A DNA stretch of 64,000 nucleotides from an uncultured Bacilli bacterium (GCA_947629655.1 CANREL010000002.1:79152-143151); one strand, 5' to 3'. Shown: positions 47,887-58,934, counted from the first letter of the stretch. Numbers and translations are program-made. Notes: generated from the sequence alone by a model not told the origin.

Positions 47887-48837
47887 TTATTTTTTAATAT
47901 TTGTATCTTTTACGATATAAATAGGTCTTTTTTTAGTTTCTAAATAAGTCTTAGCTAAATATTCACCAATGACACCAATACACAATAGTTGTAAGCCACC
48001 AATGAAGATGATGATACAAGCAAGACTTGGCCACCCACTGACTGGATCACCAAATATTAGTGTTCGACATATTATTATAGCTATGAAAAGAAATGCCACA
48101 AAACAAAGAAATACTCCTAAGAATGAAGCCATTACTAGTGGAACTGTTGAAAAGCCAACGATTCCCTCAATCGCGTATTTGAAAAGTCCCCAAAAAGACC
48201 ATTTAGATTCACCCGCTACGCGTTCAATGTTTTCATATTCTAACCACTTCGTCTTAAATCCAACAAAACTGAATAAACCTTTACTATAGCGATTGTACTC
48301 TTTCATCTCGACTAAAGCATTGACCATTTGTCTAGTCATCAAGCGATAATCTCTAGCTCCATCAACCATCTCAGTATCACTCATCTTGTTGATGATCTTA
48401 TAAAATCTTCTAGCAAAGAAACTTCTGATGACCGGTTCCCCTTTTCTCGTCACTCTTCTAACTCCGACTGAATCATATCCTTCTTCTTTGATGATCTTAA
48501 TCATTTCTTTTAAAAGTTGTGGTGGATCTTGTAAATCGGCATCCATAACTGTCACATAGTCACCAGTAGCATTTTCAAAACCGGCATACATCGCTGCTTC
48601 TTTCCCAAAATTTCGAGAGAAAGATATGTATTTGACACGTTTATCACTATCAGCTAAATTTCGCAAAATAGTAAGTGTATCATCACTACTTCCATCATTT
48701 ACAAAAATGAATTCAAATTCTTGTTCCATCTCTTTTGCTAAACTCTTAACTTCATCATAAAAATATGGTAAAGCTTCAGCTTCATTATAAGAGGGAACAA
48801 TTATTGATATAACTTCTTTTTTAAATGGATTTTTCAT
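47887..48837 (-). CDS. csbB: Polyprenyl-phosphate glycosyltransferase (GT2; CsbB/GtrB-like, with a C-terminal TM anchor)
   Basis: ISIIVPSYNEAEAL...FVNDGSSDDT...DADLQDPP and two C-terminal TM helices. Confidence 0.7.
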   Translation of the reverse strand: MKNPFKKEVISIIVPSYNEAEALPYFYDEVKSLAKEMEQEFEFIFVNDGSSDDTLTILRNLADSDKRVKYISFSRNFGKEAAMYAGFENATGDYVTVMDADLQDPPQLLKEMIKIIKEEGYDSVGVRRVTRKGEPVIRSFFARRFYKIINKMSDTEMVDGARDYRLMTRQMVNALVEMKEYNRYSKGLFSFVGFKTKWLEYENIERVAGESKWSFWGLFKYAIEGIVGFSTVPLVMASFLGVFLCFVAFLFIAIIICRTLIFGDPVSGWPSLACIIIFIGGLQLLCIGVIGEYLAKTYLETKKRPIYIVKDTNIKK

Positions 48838-51580
48838 AAATATCACGCCTTCTTCGCATTTCAAATACAATTATAACACAATATGTAATAAATCCAACTA
48901 TTGATATGAATATTCCAACATTTTTAAAAGGTGTGTGATAAATTAACTCGATATCATGTTTTCCTTCATCGACATAAATACCAAGAAAATATTTATTTGA
49001 TACAAAAGCATCTACTTCTTCACCATCAACTAATACCTTCCATCCCTTCGAATATGGCGTATTGAATTGTAAAACTCCCTTCTTCTCTAAATTGACTTTT
49101 CCTTTTAGAGTATTACTATTAGAAATAAATTCAAAATTACTTCTATTTAAATTATTGATATCTCTATCATAATCATCAAACTTATTAACTATTACCTCCA
49201 TATTGTCAAAAGTATATTTTCCTTCTTGAAAAAGTTCAATTGTAATAGTTCCATCCATCCTGTTATAACAAGTCAAATTTATCAAAAGATCATCATTTCC
49301 CGAAGAATATGGGAAGACTCTTAAATCATCAAATCTCTTACGTAGACTTATATCCTTATATTTGACATCCATATAAAAACTATCTGATTTAACAAAATTG
49401 CCATAATGCGAATTAAATTCTTTTTCACTAGTGAGATGTTTACCTACAATTTCTTCATATAATGCTTCTTTATCTAAAGCCTGATAATGAAAATTATCTA
49501 TTTTTAAATATAGTTCACCTCTGATATCTTCATCAATAGATAAAGTAATTTTACCATCATGGAATTTAGAGACAACTATTTCATTAGAATCGATTGAAGA
49601 TTCATACGGAATAGATACGATTAAATCATTTAATTCTTCTCGTAAATTATCTTTTTTTCCTAAATATTCTTCTTTTAAATCTTTTTTATCAATAGCAACA
49701 GTCTTCATCAAACTGTTCTCTTTTTCGATATTAGATAATTTTTCATATTCATTAATATCGATATAATTATCATAAAAAGAAGCAAAATTAACGGGATGAT
49801 TATTTACATAAATGTTGTTTTTCAATAAAGAATAGCCATATGGAATATAGTAACTGTTATCAGCAATTAAATATTTGACACCCAATAAACTAGTTATTCT
49901 ACTGCGATAATTAAACTCCCCGATTTCACGCGATGAGCGATAGTGGAAATTTGATAAGTCATAAGCCATATCACCAAGTCTTTTAGGAACGATACTATAG
50001 AAATAATTAATGGAATTGTAATCGTAATATAAAGAAGAATTCAAATAAGTATTTGTAGATTGATATGAATTTTCTGGATACTTGGCAATTTTATAAAAAC
50101 TTTTATCAATCTTTTTAATTTCTTTTACTGCTTCATCAAGATTATTTACACTGTATTCATTAGTAGCGTATATCTCTTGAGCTTTACCGAAATCAATAAA
50201 TTCATTGATGTAACCACTAGGAACATATAAGACATAAATATTGATGATTAGACTAAAAATTACGATAAGAGCAATCCCTACTCTAAACAATTTTATTTTC
50301 TTAAACAAATTATTAATAAAGTTCTTGTTTAGACAGTAAAAGATCATGAATAATGTGAAAATTATTGATAAAGTCATCATGCGTGATAAATCATTGATGA
50401 ATAAAAAGACAATACTCAAATAGATGATATTAAAAGAGAGAATCCATTTGACATCACTCTTTGATAAGTTTAGATGTCTATCTAAAACATTAGCGCTTAA
50501 ATAAGAAATGATAAAAGCAATCGCAAAACTCCAACGATGATTAGGAAAAGCAAAACCACAAAAAATACTACCTATACTAGGAAATAACAATGGTATGAAT
50601 AAAATAGCTAAAAGACTTAACATCTTACCATTCAAACGATAATCTTTTAAAGCAAGCGGGATGGTGAATAAAACTATCTCACTAGTACCTAGAATGACCC
50701 AATTAGATATTGATGTTGAAACAAGTGATGTCAAAAGATTGTGATAATAATTAGGATTATATACATATGTGATACCCATTCCCAAACGTGATGAATTAGT
50801 TAGTAAAAATGCTACTGGCAACACGACAAAAGCTGCAAGAGAAATACCTAATATACTATAGAAAAACACTTTTAAATATACTGATAATATAACTTTTATG
50901 CCATATTCATGATACTTACTAATGATCAAAATACTTCCATATATCAATAATATTAGAAAAAGCATGTATGAAAAATAGAAACTGCTAATAATTGATATAA
51001 AGATTATGAAAACATAAAAAATCTTTTTATCTTCATTAACTATTTTTTCAATTCCTAGAAATAGTAATGGTAAAATAGCCACACTATTCATGAAGAAAGG
51101 ATGTTTAGCGAAAGTGAATAAAGAATATATTGAAAAAGTATAAATAAGGGCTGAAATAACGCTTGAAAAATTACTTATCTTCTTATATTTAGCATAGATG
51201 ATAAAACATATACCAACCATGAATATTCTCATGAAGACTAAAAAATCATAGAAGTATTCCATATCGCTTTTAGCGAAAAAAACATTGAAATAAGCAAAGA
51301 AATCACCAAAGATGTAATATGCGAGATTAGCATATAGATCAATACCTGTTCCTATGTTGAAATAAAAAGTATTAAAACTTCCCGTTTTTAAAAAATTGAT
51401 TAAAATCTGACGATAGACATTCAAAGTGGCAAAATGTTGTTCAATGCCATCTATGTTCCAAATAAAAGATTTGTCATAATGATAAAAGATAAGTGATAAA
51501 AAACCAAAACATACAGAAAAAAGCAATATGTATAATAAAATTGCTCTTCCTATTCTTTCTTTTCCAAATATCTTTTTCAT
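48821..51580 (-). CDS. yfhO: YfhO-family membrane glycosyltransferase (919 aa). It overlaps the downstream GT2 gene by 17 nt.
   Basis: A large polytopic N-terminal domain plus an extracytoplasmic C-terminal domain. Classic csbB-yfhO adjacency. GGGGGG RBS. Confidence 0.65.
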   Translation of the reverse strand: MKKIFGKERIGRAILLYILLFSVCFGFLSLIFYHYDKSFIWNIDGIEQHFATLNVYRQILINFLKTGSFNTFYFNIGTGIDLYANLAYYIFGDFFAYFNVFFAKSDMEYFYDFLVFMRIFMVGICFIIYAKYKKISNFSSVISALIYTFSIYSLFTFAKHPFFMNSVAILPLLFLGIEKIVNEDKKIFYVFIIFISIISSFYFSYMLFLILLIYGSILIISKYHEYGIKVILSVYLKVFFYSILGISLAAFVVLPVAFLLTNSSRLGMGITYVYNPNYYHNLLTSLVSTSISNWVILGTSEIVLFTIPLALKDYRLNGKMLSLLAILFIPLLFPSIGSIFCGFAFPNHRWSFAIAFIISYLSANVLDRHLNLSKSDVKWILSFNIIYLSIVFLFINDLSRMMTLSIIFTLFMIFYCLNKNFINNLFKKIKLFRVGIALIVIFSLIINIYVLYVPSGYINEFIDFGKAQEIYATNEYSVNNLDEAVKEIKKIDKSFYKIAKYPENSYQSTNTYLNSSLYYDYNSINYFYSIVPKRLGDMAYDLSNFHYRSSREIGEFNYRSRITSLLGVKYLIADNSYYIPYGYSLLKNNIYVNNHPVNFASFYDNYIDINEYEKLSNIEKENSLMKTVAIDKKDLKEEYLGKKDNLREELNDLIVSIPYESSIDSNEIVVSKFHDGKITLSIDEDIRGELYLKIDNFHYQALDKEALYEEIVGKHLTSEKEFNSHYGNFVKSDSFYMDVKYKDISLRKRFDDLRVFPYSSGNDDLLINLTCYNRMDGTITIELFQEGKYTFDNMEVIVNKFDDYDRDINNLNRSNFEFISNSNTLKGKVNLEKKGVLQFNTPYSKGWKVLVDGEEVDAFVSNKYFLGIYVDEGKHDIELIYHTPFKNVGIFISIVGFITYCVIIVFEMRRRRDIYEKSI

Positions 51581-51591
51581 CTATATCCCCC

Positions 51592-52086
51592 CTAATAATT
51601 TTCTAAAACGCTATCATTACTCTTTTCTATAAACTCAATAGTTCCTGGTGATATATCTTCAACACTACTAGAAGTTATGACTAAAAAGATTTTATCATTT
51701 CTAAAAATTATTCTTCCTGATAAAGTGATTTCATCATTTCTATCAACGATGTCAAAATTAGCTTGATTAGCTTCAATACTAGCTGTTTGACTTTCAAAGT
51801 AAGCGACATCTTTGACAAAGTAATCAAAAGTCAAAGTAGATCCATCGATGATATTGATACAAAGTTCTTCACTAGGTTCATCTTCATCTTCCCCTTTTAA
51901 AAACCAAACTCCTTTATAGTCGTCATAGTTAGTACTCTCTTCAGTAGAATCATCAACTTCACTCTTATCTTCTTCTTTGTGATAGTTAAAGACAAAAAAG
52001 TATCCAACGACAGCAAAAATTATCAATATGATAAAAAATACTACCCAATAAATACCCTTGTCATATTCATTTTCAAATTCTTCCAT
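51592..52086 (-). CDS. Membrane-anchored acidic protein of unknown function
   Basis: ORF with a GGAGG RBS and one N-terminal TM helix. Confidence 0.5.
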   Translation of the reverse strand: MEEFENEYDKGIYWVVFFIILIIFAVVGYFFVFNYHKEEDKSEVDDSTEESTNYDDYKGVWFLKGEDEDEPSEELCINIIDGSTLTFDYFVKDVAYFESQTASIEANQANFDIVDRNDEITLSGRIIFRNDKIFLVITSSSVEDISPGTIEFIEKSNDSVLENY

Positions 52087-52094
52087 AATACCTC

Positions 52095-53195
52095 CTATTT
52101 ATCTAAAAACATTGCATAATACTCTTCATAACACAAATTGTTTTCATATATATATGTAGCTATTTCTTTTCCCACATATCGGAAATGCCACGATTCTGAA
52201 GCAATACCCGTAATGTCAACTTTAGATTCTGGATAGCGATGAATAAATCCATATTTATGACCATTCTCTAACATCCATTTATATTCTTTAGAACTTTTGA
52301 AAATATTGGCATTTTTACTCTTAATATCGACTGACAATCCCGTATGATGTTCAGAATAACCTGGTTTAGTAACATATTTATCATTATAGCTCTGACCATA
52401 CAACCCGAGATATAAATCCCAAGTTCGCTGTTGGGCTTCAATATCGCGATAAGTAGAATTAGCTAAGATGTCATACCCTTCTTTTTGGGCATCACGACAC
52501 ATCTTTTCAAATGCCGTGGCAGCTTCTTTAGTCATGTATTCTTCATCATCAACTGAACAATCACTAGCTATTTGAACTAGATCAGGAACGACAAAATCTT
52601 CTGTGATACCATTATATTTATTGACTAATATCGTATTGGAAAACTCACTAGTCATATTAGTATCTGTATAATAATCTTTGTCTAATCCTATATTAACATA
52701 TAAAACGGTTTTTTCATAGTTACCATTGAAATAAGCCTTATATCGATCAAAATTCTTTTCTTTGAAATAATCGACATTTAAATACTTACTTATGTCATAG
52801 ACATATTCATCAAATAATTTGGAATAGAATTCATCACTGACTTTACTATTGATCAAATTTATGTCATCAATCGTATATTTTAAATCGATCAATTTATTTA
52901 TATTAGTTAAAAAATTCTTACGATCATAATAATCGATATCCATATACATATCTAAGTTTTCTTTTTTAAAATTATCATCTTTTATGTATTTATCAACTAT
53001 TTCACTATATTCTTTATCAATTACTTCTTCATATAGATCACGACGATATATTTCTACACTAGAAAAAAAATTATAATCATGATTAACTAACTTAAAAACA
53101 CTTCTAATAGGAAAGTAAGCAGTCACAATTACAATAATCGCAATTACAGAAAAAAGTATTCTAAATGGTAATTTGAGAACTAATCTCTTTTTCAT
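52095..53195 (-). CDS. VanY-type D,D-carboxypeptidase (peptidase M15B) with an N-terminal membrane anchor
   Basis: SEHHTGLSVD and ...ESWHFRYVG motifs. Confidence 0.7.
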   Translation of the reverse strand: MKKRLVLKLPFRILFSVIAIIVIVTAYFPIRSVFKLVNHDYNFFSSVEIYRRDLYEEVIDKEYSEIVDKYIKDDNFKKENLDMYMDIDYYDRKNFLTNINKLIDLKYTIDDINLINSKVSDEFYSKLFDEYVYDISKYLNVDYFKEKNFDRYKAYFNGNYEKTVLYVNIGLDKDYYTDTNMTSEFSNTILVNKYNGITEDFVVPDLVQIASDCSVDDEEYMTKEAATAFEKMCRDAQKEGYDILANSTYRDIEAQQRTWDLYLGLYGQSYNDKYVTKPGYSEHHTGLSVDIKSKNANIFKSSKEYKWMLENGHKYGFIHRYPESKVDITGIASESWHFRYVGKEIATYIYENNLCYEEYYAMFLDK

Positions 53196-53208
53196 AATTT
53201 CACCTCAA

Positions 53209-53730
53209 TTACTTAAAGATAAAATTAAATGTAAAAACTAATAAAAAACTAAGAGCAGCACTTAATTCGCTTTTCTTTGAGTAATAAGCTTCACGAATCG
53301 CTACATAATCATCAACAAAATCAACTAAAAGGCTCTCTTTATATCTTGGTAAATATCTACCAAGTGGGAACATATGTGTAACGATTATATTCTTTTCCAT
53401 ATCTGACAAATCAAAATATCGCAATGAGTTATCAAGTGCATACTTAGGATGATTGAACAAAGTTTTCAATCTGTTATATTTAGTTATTGAATAATTATCT
53501 ATTAAAAAGAAATCGTGCAACAAAGCTGCTCTTGTAACTTTCTCATAATCAAAATTTAATTTCTTTGAAATTTTATAGGAACGATATGAAACATTTAAAG
53601 AATGCTGCAATCTATTGCTATTATGATGTTCATAATTAGATAACTTTTGAAATTCTTTATTTTCAAGGATATCTTTGATAATGTCTAAGAACTCTAAATT
53701 ATCATCTGCACTAACATCAATAGATTTCAT
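53209..53730 (-). CDS. HD-domain phosphohydrolase
   Basis: H...HSLNVS...LLHD (H and HD motifs). Confidence 0.65.
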   Translation of the reverse strand: MKSIDVSADDNLEFLDIIKDILENKEFQKLSNYEHHNSNRLQHSLNVSYRSYKISKKLNFDYEKVTRAALLHDFFLIDNYSITKYNRLKTLFNHPKYALDNSLRYFDLSDMEKNIIVTHMFPLGRYLPRYKESLLVDFVDDYVAIREAYYSKKSELSAALSFLLVFTFNFIFK

Positions 53731-53784
53731 GATCCACCTCCTATTTCATTACTATTAAATTCTAACATATTTATTAAAAACAAT

Positions 53785-53820
53785 AAAGAAAAAATAAAAA
53801 AAAGAGAGCTTTTTGCTCTC
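53785..53820 (-). terminator. Terminator 3' of comEC
   Basis: GAGAGC ttttt GCTCTC, with T8ATTTTTT on the minus strand. A second small hairpin (AACGTTAAA/TTTAACGTT) lies at 53832-53851. Confidence 0.5.
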
Positions 53821-53859
53821 AATCTATGTCAAACGTTAAATCTTTAACGTTAATATATA

Positions 53860-55884
53860 TTATGTCCAATTGACCAAATTTGTTACATTTTTTTTAAAAT
53901 TGATCCATATTGCTCCCAAATTGCTAGTCATGTGAATATTGACACCATTCTCGTTAAGAATATCAATAGTCTCATGATTGGGATGACCAAACTTATTGTC
54001 ACTTCCTACTGATATTAAAGCATCATCTGGTTTTGTCTCGGTCAATAATTCTTGACTAGTAGAAGTTTTAGAACCGTGATGACCGACTTTTAAAATGTCA
54101 ATTTTTGGCAAATCATAACTATCTAATAAAACTGTTTCACTATGTTTACTAGCGTCTCCCATCAAAAGAAAATTATTGTTAAAAATTTCCCCATAAAGTA
54201 TTAAACTACTATCATTTTCATCACCTAAATCACATCCTAAAGAATAGATTTGATAATTGCCAATCTGATAAAAATCATCTTTTCGACTGAAATTGTAATA
54301 AATATTTTTCTTCTCTAAAACATCTATGATCATTTTTTCATTATAATTGATATTTCCCTCGTTAAAAAACACTTTCATAACTTTAAAATTATTTATTAAA
54401 TTAATCGCTTCCCCAACGTGGTCGTAGTCACCGTGACTCAGAAATAAAAAGTCTATCTTTCTAATTCCCAGTGACTTAAAAAGAGGAATCAAAGTACCAC
54501 TTGCCATGTCATAATCAGAACCATATTCACCACCAGTATCTATTAAGATGTTTTTTTCACCACTATGTAGTAAAATGCTATCACCTTGTCCCACATCAAT
54601 CATGATCATATAATTACTCGGAAACAATAGATTGTAATTATAATGAATGATGAAAAGGATTAAAAGACTGAAATAAAAAAACTTCTTACGATATTTAAAC
54701 ATTAAAGATATCAATAAATAATATAAAAAGACTATTAAAAGATTGGGTTTCATCACAATGATATCAGACTTTATCAAAGCAAGTTTTAAAGCTAAAGACT
54801 CCATCATTACTAGAATGCCATTTAAAAAGAAGGATAATGGTCTGATCAAAAAACAGATTAAAGATAGTGGAAAGACTATTAATGATACTAGAGGAACAAA
54901 TAATAAATTATAAAAAATAGTTAAAATATTAAAACTGTAGTAATTGTATAAAGATATGGGAAGACTGAAGAAAAAAGCAATGATGGACGTGTATAGAAGT
55001 TTCATTAAATAATTTTTCTTCTCATTTATCAAATTGCCAAAAACAATCAAAGATGCCGTAATGATCGATGAATATAAAAAACCCGTATTATAGATGATAA
55101 AAGGATTAAATAGTAAAATGATACTAATCGTCAATAACAAGATGTTTGTGGGTTTAATATTAAAATAAAAAATAGTGTTGATTGATAGAAGAATAAAAAA
55201 TATTCCACTTCTCAAAACTGATGGACAAAATCCTACTAAAAACATGTAAAAAGAAATGAAGATAGATACTGTTACATACCTCTTTTCCTCGCTTATTTTG
55301 AATTTTTTTAAAACACTTAAAACTATCCCTGAAATAATTGAAATATGCATACCTGATACACTGAACAAATGACTGATACCAAGCTTCTGATAACTATCTT
55401 TGACGGCCTTTTCTAAATATCGATTGTCCCCTAAGATGAATAAGTACAAATACTTAGAAGAAGAATTTTTTTGTATCATAGATATCATATAATTTTTTAT
55501 TTTATAGAATATATTTTTATTATGCTCATCTTCCTTTAAAGAATCAATCTTCATCGTATAATATATTCCCCTAGATTTCAAAAAATTTTGATAGTTAAAA
55601 ATATTGGGATTAGTATTACTTTTAACTAGAGAAATATCTCCTTTAATAGTTATCTCATCACCTAAAGATATATCGTGTCTTTTTTCATAATAATAAGTTC
55701 CTCTTATCTTATCATGATTTTTTACTTCAACTACTATTCTCTCATCATCAATGAATAGATCTGTGACAATCCCTGTAAAAGAATTTCTTTTGCTGTAGTC
55801 TATTCCTTTATAATCACTATTTATCGAAATTAATAAGAATATTATGGCCGAACAAAAGAAAATGTAATAGATGTAATCACACAG
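53860..55884 (-). CDS. comEC: Competence protein ComEC/Rec2 (DUF4131, competence TM domain, metallo-beta-lactamase domain). The 5' end is uncertain.
   Basis: LGDNRYL...GISHLFSVSGMHI and the MBL motif FLFLSHGDYDHVGE. The reading frame stays open 300 nt upstream of the ORF-track start with no ATG. It overlaps the comEA 3' end, and a CTG or ATT start is possible. Confidence 0.65.
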   Translation of the reverse strand: MCDYIYYIFFCSAIIFLLISINSDYKGIDYSKRNSFTGIVTDLFIDDERIVVEVKNHDKIRGTYYYEKRHDISLGDEITIKGDISLVKSNTNPNIFNYQNFLKSRGIYYTMKIDSLKEDEHNKNIFYKIKNYMISMIQKNSSSKYLYLFILGDNRYLEKAVKDSYQKLGISHLFSVSGMHISIISGIVLSVLKKFKISEEKRYVTVSIFISFYMFLVGFCPSVLRSGIFFILLSINTIFYFNIKPTNILLLTISIILLFNPFIIYNTGFLYSSIITASLIVFGNLINEKKNYLMKLLYTSIIAFFFSLPISLYNYYSFNILTIFYNLLFVPLVSLIVFPLSLICFLIRPLSFFLNGILVMMESLALKLALIKSDIIVMKPNLLIVFLYYLLISLMFKYRKKFFYFSLLILFIIHYNYNLLFPSNYMIMIDVGQGDSILLHSGEKNILIDTGGEYGSDYDMASGTLIPLFKSLGIRKIDFLFLSHGDYDHVGEAINLINNFKVMKVFFNEGNINYNEKMIIDVLEKKNIYYNFSRKDDFYQIGNYQIYSLGCDLGDENDSSLILYGEIFNNNFLLMGDASKHSETVLLDSYDLPKIDILKVGHHGSKTSTSQELLTETKPDDALISVGSDNKFGHPNHETIDILNENGVNIHMTSNLGAIWINFKKNVTNLVNWT

Positions 55885-56575
55885 TAATATTTTCCTTAAT
55901 GCTAGAATAAAGACTTTCTCCTATTCCCTCAACGTTCAAAATATCATCAATTTTCGTAAATGGTGTCTTTTCTCGATAAGTAATAATACTTTTAGCTTTA
56001 GCTTCACCTATTCCTGATAAACTCATCAACTCTTCTAAACTAGCTGTGTTGATGTTGACTAATTTAGAATTAGTTGAAGTATCATTAACACTACTATTAC
56101 AAGCATCGTTTTCAATCTTTTCTTCTTGGCATATTGCCTGTGCTTTCTCTTCTTTTTCTAAAGTAGCAACATAATTTTTTACTTCCGTTTTACTATATAT
56201 CTTTATGACCATTCCATCTTCCATTTTTTTACTTAAATTCAATACACTAGTATCACTCTTATTAGTTAAACCTCCCGCTAAAGTAATCGCATCTATTATT
56301 CTTTTATCACAATCAATGGAATAGACACCTGGTTTATTAACTTCCCCTTTTATATCAAAATAACAAAAGATTTTTTCATCATCGTCATCTTCTTCTTCAC
56401 TTTTTTCTAAAGATACTTTCGCCACTTCCTTTTTCTCTTCTTTTACTTCTTCTTTCAAAAATAAATTATTATAAAAATAATACCCTATCACTCCACCAAT
56501 TATTAATATGAATAGAATCGTCATCAATATTTTTTTCTTATTGAAATATACAAATTCTTCTAAACTATTCTCCAT
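55877..56575 (-). CDS. comEA: Competence protein ComEA (membrane anchor, SLBB domain, tandem helix-hairpin-helix)
   Basis: C-terminal LNINTASLEELMSLSGIGEAKAKSIITYRE. GAGGAGG RBS. Confidence 0.75.
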   Translation of the reverse strand: MENSLEEFVYFNKKKILMTILFILIIGGVIGYYFYNNLFLKEEVKEEKKEVAKVSLEKSEEEDDDDEKIFCYFDIKGEVNKPGVYSIDCDKRIIDAITLAGGLTNKSDTSVLNLSKKMEDGMVIKIYSKTEVKNYVATLEKEEKAQAICQEEKIENDACNSSVNDTSTNSKLVNINTASLEELMSLSGIGEAKAKSIITYREKTPFTKIDDILNVEGIGESLYSSIKENITV

Positions 56576-56623
56576 AAAAAAACCTCCTCTTAAGGAGATT
56601 ATTATTCATTATTTATTCATTTC

Positions 56624-57784
56624 CTACTTACTTTCTTTACGCAGTCTATTTTCAATATTTATTCTTTGAATAACCCCTAAAATAAATATTAGACACAAAG
56701 TATAACTACCTCCATAACTCATGAAAGGTAATGGTACACCTGTCATTGGAATAAGGCCAAAAATACCTGCCAAATTGACAATGATGTGTACAAAGATATA
56801 GAAAGCACCACCATAACAAATTATGGCATCACGATTATTAGAACTTCTTTTACCGATGACAATGATTCGCGATAAGAGAATGATATATAGAAATATTATA
56901 AAAATTCCAAATAACAAACCCAACTCTTCAACGATGATACAGAAGATGAAGTCAGTATGAGCTTCTGGCAAATATAAATACTTTTGAATACTTTTACCCA
57001 ATCCACGTCCCGTTAAACCACCATTATTAATAGCGATATAACCATTGCAGACTTGATTACCATCAGTATAATAGTTCTCTTCACTACAAGGACTACTATT
57101 TATGACACTAGTAATACGTGACATCTGACGTTCTGATAATAGACCTTTACCCGCTACCATGAATATAAGAGCAACTAAAACGACCAAACCGACACCTATT
57201 CCAATGATATTAGTCTTAATTTTTTTACTGATTGGCGATAATAAAAAGATGACTCCAACTATTGAAAAAAAGATTAGTGCAGTTCCCAAATCCGGTTGAA
57301 AAGCAATGGCAATAAATGATAACGCACACAAAAAGATGGGATATAAAGATTTGACATATGAATCGAGTTTATCTTTGTTAATGTCATAATATCTAGCTAA
57401 CCAAATGATGGCGAATACTTTCAAAAATTCACTCGGTTGCATGTTAAATTCTCCCAAACTGTACCAACTTTGCGCATCATTAGAAACGATACCAAAAACG
57501 AATAGTAATGGCAGTGATACAATTAATACATAAGTTATAAAACTCGATACTCTACTGATGAATTTAACATTAAAAAACAAACTAGCAATAAAGATGATAA
57601 AGCCAATTATCAGTATTTCTATTTGACGGATTAAATATTTGTAGGGACTAGTCGCATAACGCATATAAAAAGATACATTAGAAGCTGAAAATATCATTAT
57701 TGTCCCAATTCCAAAAAGTAGTATCGTAACGAAAAATAACCATTTGTCAACATACTTGATACCTTTCACCCTAATCACTCCCAT
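56624..57784 (-). CDS. SEDS-family peptidoglycan glycosyltransferase (FtsW/RodA/SpoVE). The start codon is uncertain.
   Basis: Ten TM helices and the C-terminal motif ...GVPLPFMSYGGSYTL... Confidence 0.8.
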   Translation of the reverse strand: MGVIRVKGIKYVDKWLFFVTILLFGIGTIMIFSASNVSFYMRYATSPYKYLIRQIEILIIGFIIFIASLFFNVKFISRVSSFITYVLIVSLPLLFVFGIVSNDAQSWYSLGEFNMQPSEFLKVFAIIWLARYYDINKDKLDSYVKSLYPIFLCALSFIAIAFQPDLGTALIFFSIVGVIFLLSPISKKIKTNIIGIGVGLVVLVALIFMVAGKGLLSERQMSRITSVINSSPCSEENYYTDGNQVCNGYIAINNGGLTGRGLGKSIQKYLYLPEAHTDFIFCIIVEELGLLFGIFIIFLYIILLSRIIVIGKRSSNNRDAIICYGGAFYIFVHIIVNLAGIFGLIPMTGVPLPFMSYGGSYTLCLIFILGVIQRINIENRLRKESK

Positions 57785-57847
57785 ATTATTAAAATAATTA
57801 TAACATGCTCATGAAAAGAAGTAAATTGACTAAAAGGAGTCTTTACA

Positions 57848-58495
57848 TTATTTTATTAAATCATCACGTTTTATTAAAAATAATTTTTTATCGCGATAAA
57901 AAGCATAAAAGATATCTGATAAATTTAAATTGTCATTATCAAGAACACTAATTAACCATCTCTCACTTTTACCTATTTGTTTAAGAGTATCATAATCAAT
58001 ACTGCCATCTAAAATGACTGGTAATGGATATTCGCCAAATAGTTTAGAATCTTTTTTAAAGACTGATAATTTACCACTAGTCTCCAAAATGGCATAATCA
58101 ACTTCTTCTATTGTCCGAATATTTTTTTCACGTAACTGCGTCAATAAATCTTCCATATTGTACCTCTGTTTAATCATCTCTTTAAAATTTATCTTACCAC
58201 GATTGATGATGACTGAAGGATTACCATCAAATAGATTGCGCACTTTACTACTTTTTAGGGAGATATAACTCATTCCCATTTGAATGAATAATAGTAAAAA
58301 AATTGGTATTATTGATAACCAAATCGTCTCTTCTCTTTTTTCAATTGATACTGCCGCTAACTCCGCTATTAAAATCGATACTATTAAATCGACTATCCCC
58401 AATTGACCAATTTCTCTCTTACCCATGAATCGATAAATCATCGTTATGAAGACATAAAAGAAAAAAGTTCTAAATAAAACTGTAACGTATTCCAT
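57848..58495 (-). CDS. DUF421 (YetF-like) membrane protein
   Basis: MGKREIGQLGIVDLIVSILIAE signature. Confidence 0.65.
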   Translation of the reverse strand: MEYVTVLFRTFFFYVFITMIYRFMGKREIGQLGIVDLIVSILIAELAAVSIEKREETIWLSIIPIFLLLFIQMGMSYISLKSSKVRNLFDGNPSVIINRGKINFKEMIKQRYNMEDLLTQLREKNIRTIEEVDYAILETSGKLSVFKKDSKLFGEYPLPVILDGSIDYDTLKQIGKSERWLISVLDNDNLNLSDIFYAFYRDKKLFLIKRDDLIK

Positions 58496-58567
58496 AAAAT
58501 CATCTCAAATATATTATGGTAAAGTTCTTATTTTTTTATACTGACATAATATTTAATAGGTGATAAC

Positions 58568-58924
58568 ATGACATATAAAAATATTTTAAAGAGTTTTATC
58601 ATTTTTTTAAGTACTATTATTATTTTTAATACTATTAACACTATCTTATATTACAACAACATCTTAAATAGTAATACTGTTCAAATACTAGAAATCTTAT
58701 CTTTAGCAGCTACGACTATTATAACTAGTTTCTACATTGGTCTAAAAAGTAAAAATAAAGGTTATATAAATGGTATAATAGCTGGTTCAACGATAAGTAT
58801 TATATCTATAGTTACAGGTTTAATATTAAAAGAAAAGATAACTATCTTATCAATAATAACTTATATCTTAATCATCCTTTTAGCAACTTTTTCAAGTATT
58901 TTAGGCATAAATAAAAAGAAATAG
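58568..58924 (+). CDS. Small polytopic membrane protein (118 aa)
   Basis: ORF with an AGGTGA RBS and four hydrophobic helices. Confidence 0.5.
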   Translation: MTYKNILKSFIIFLSTIIIFNTINTILYYNNILNSNTVQILEILSLAATTIITSFYIGLKSKNKGYINGIIAGSTISIISIVTGLILKEKITILSIITYILIILLATFSSILGINKKK

Positions 58925-58934
58925 ATAACTATTT

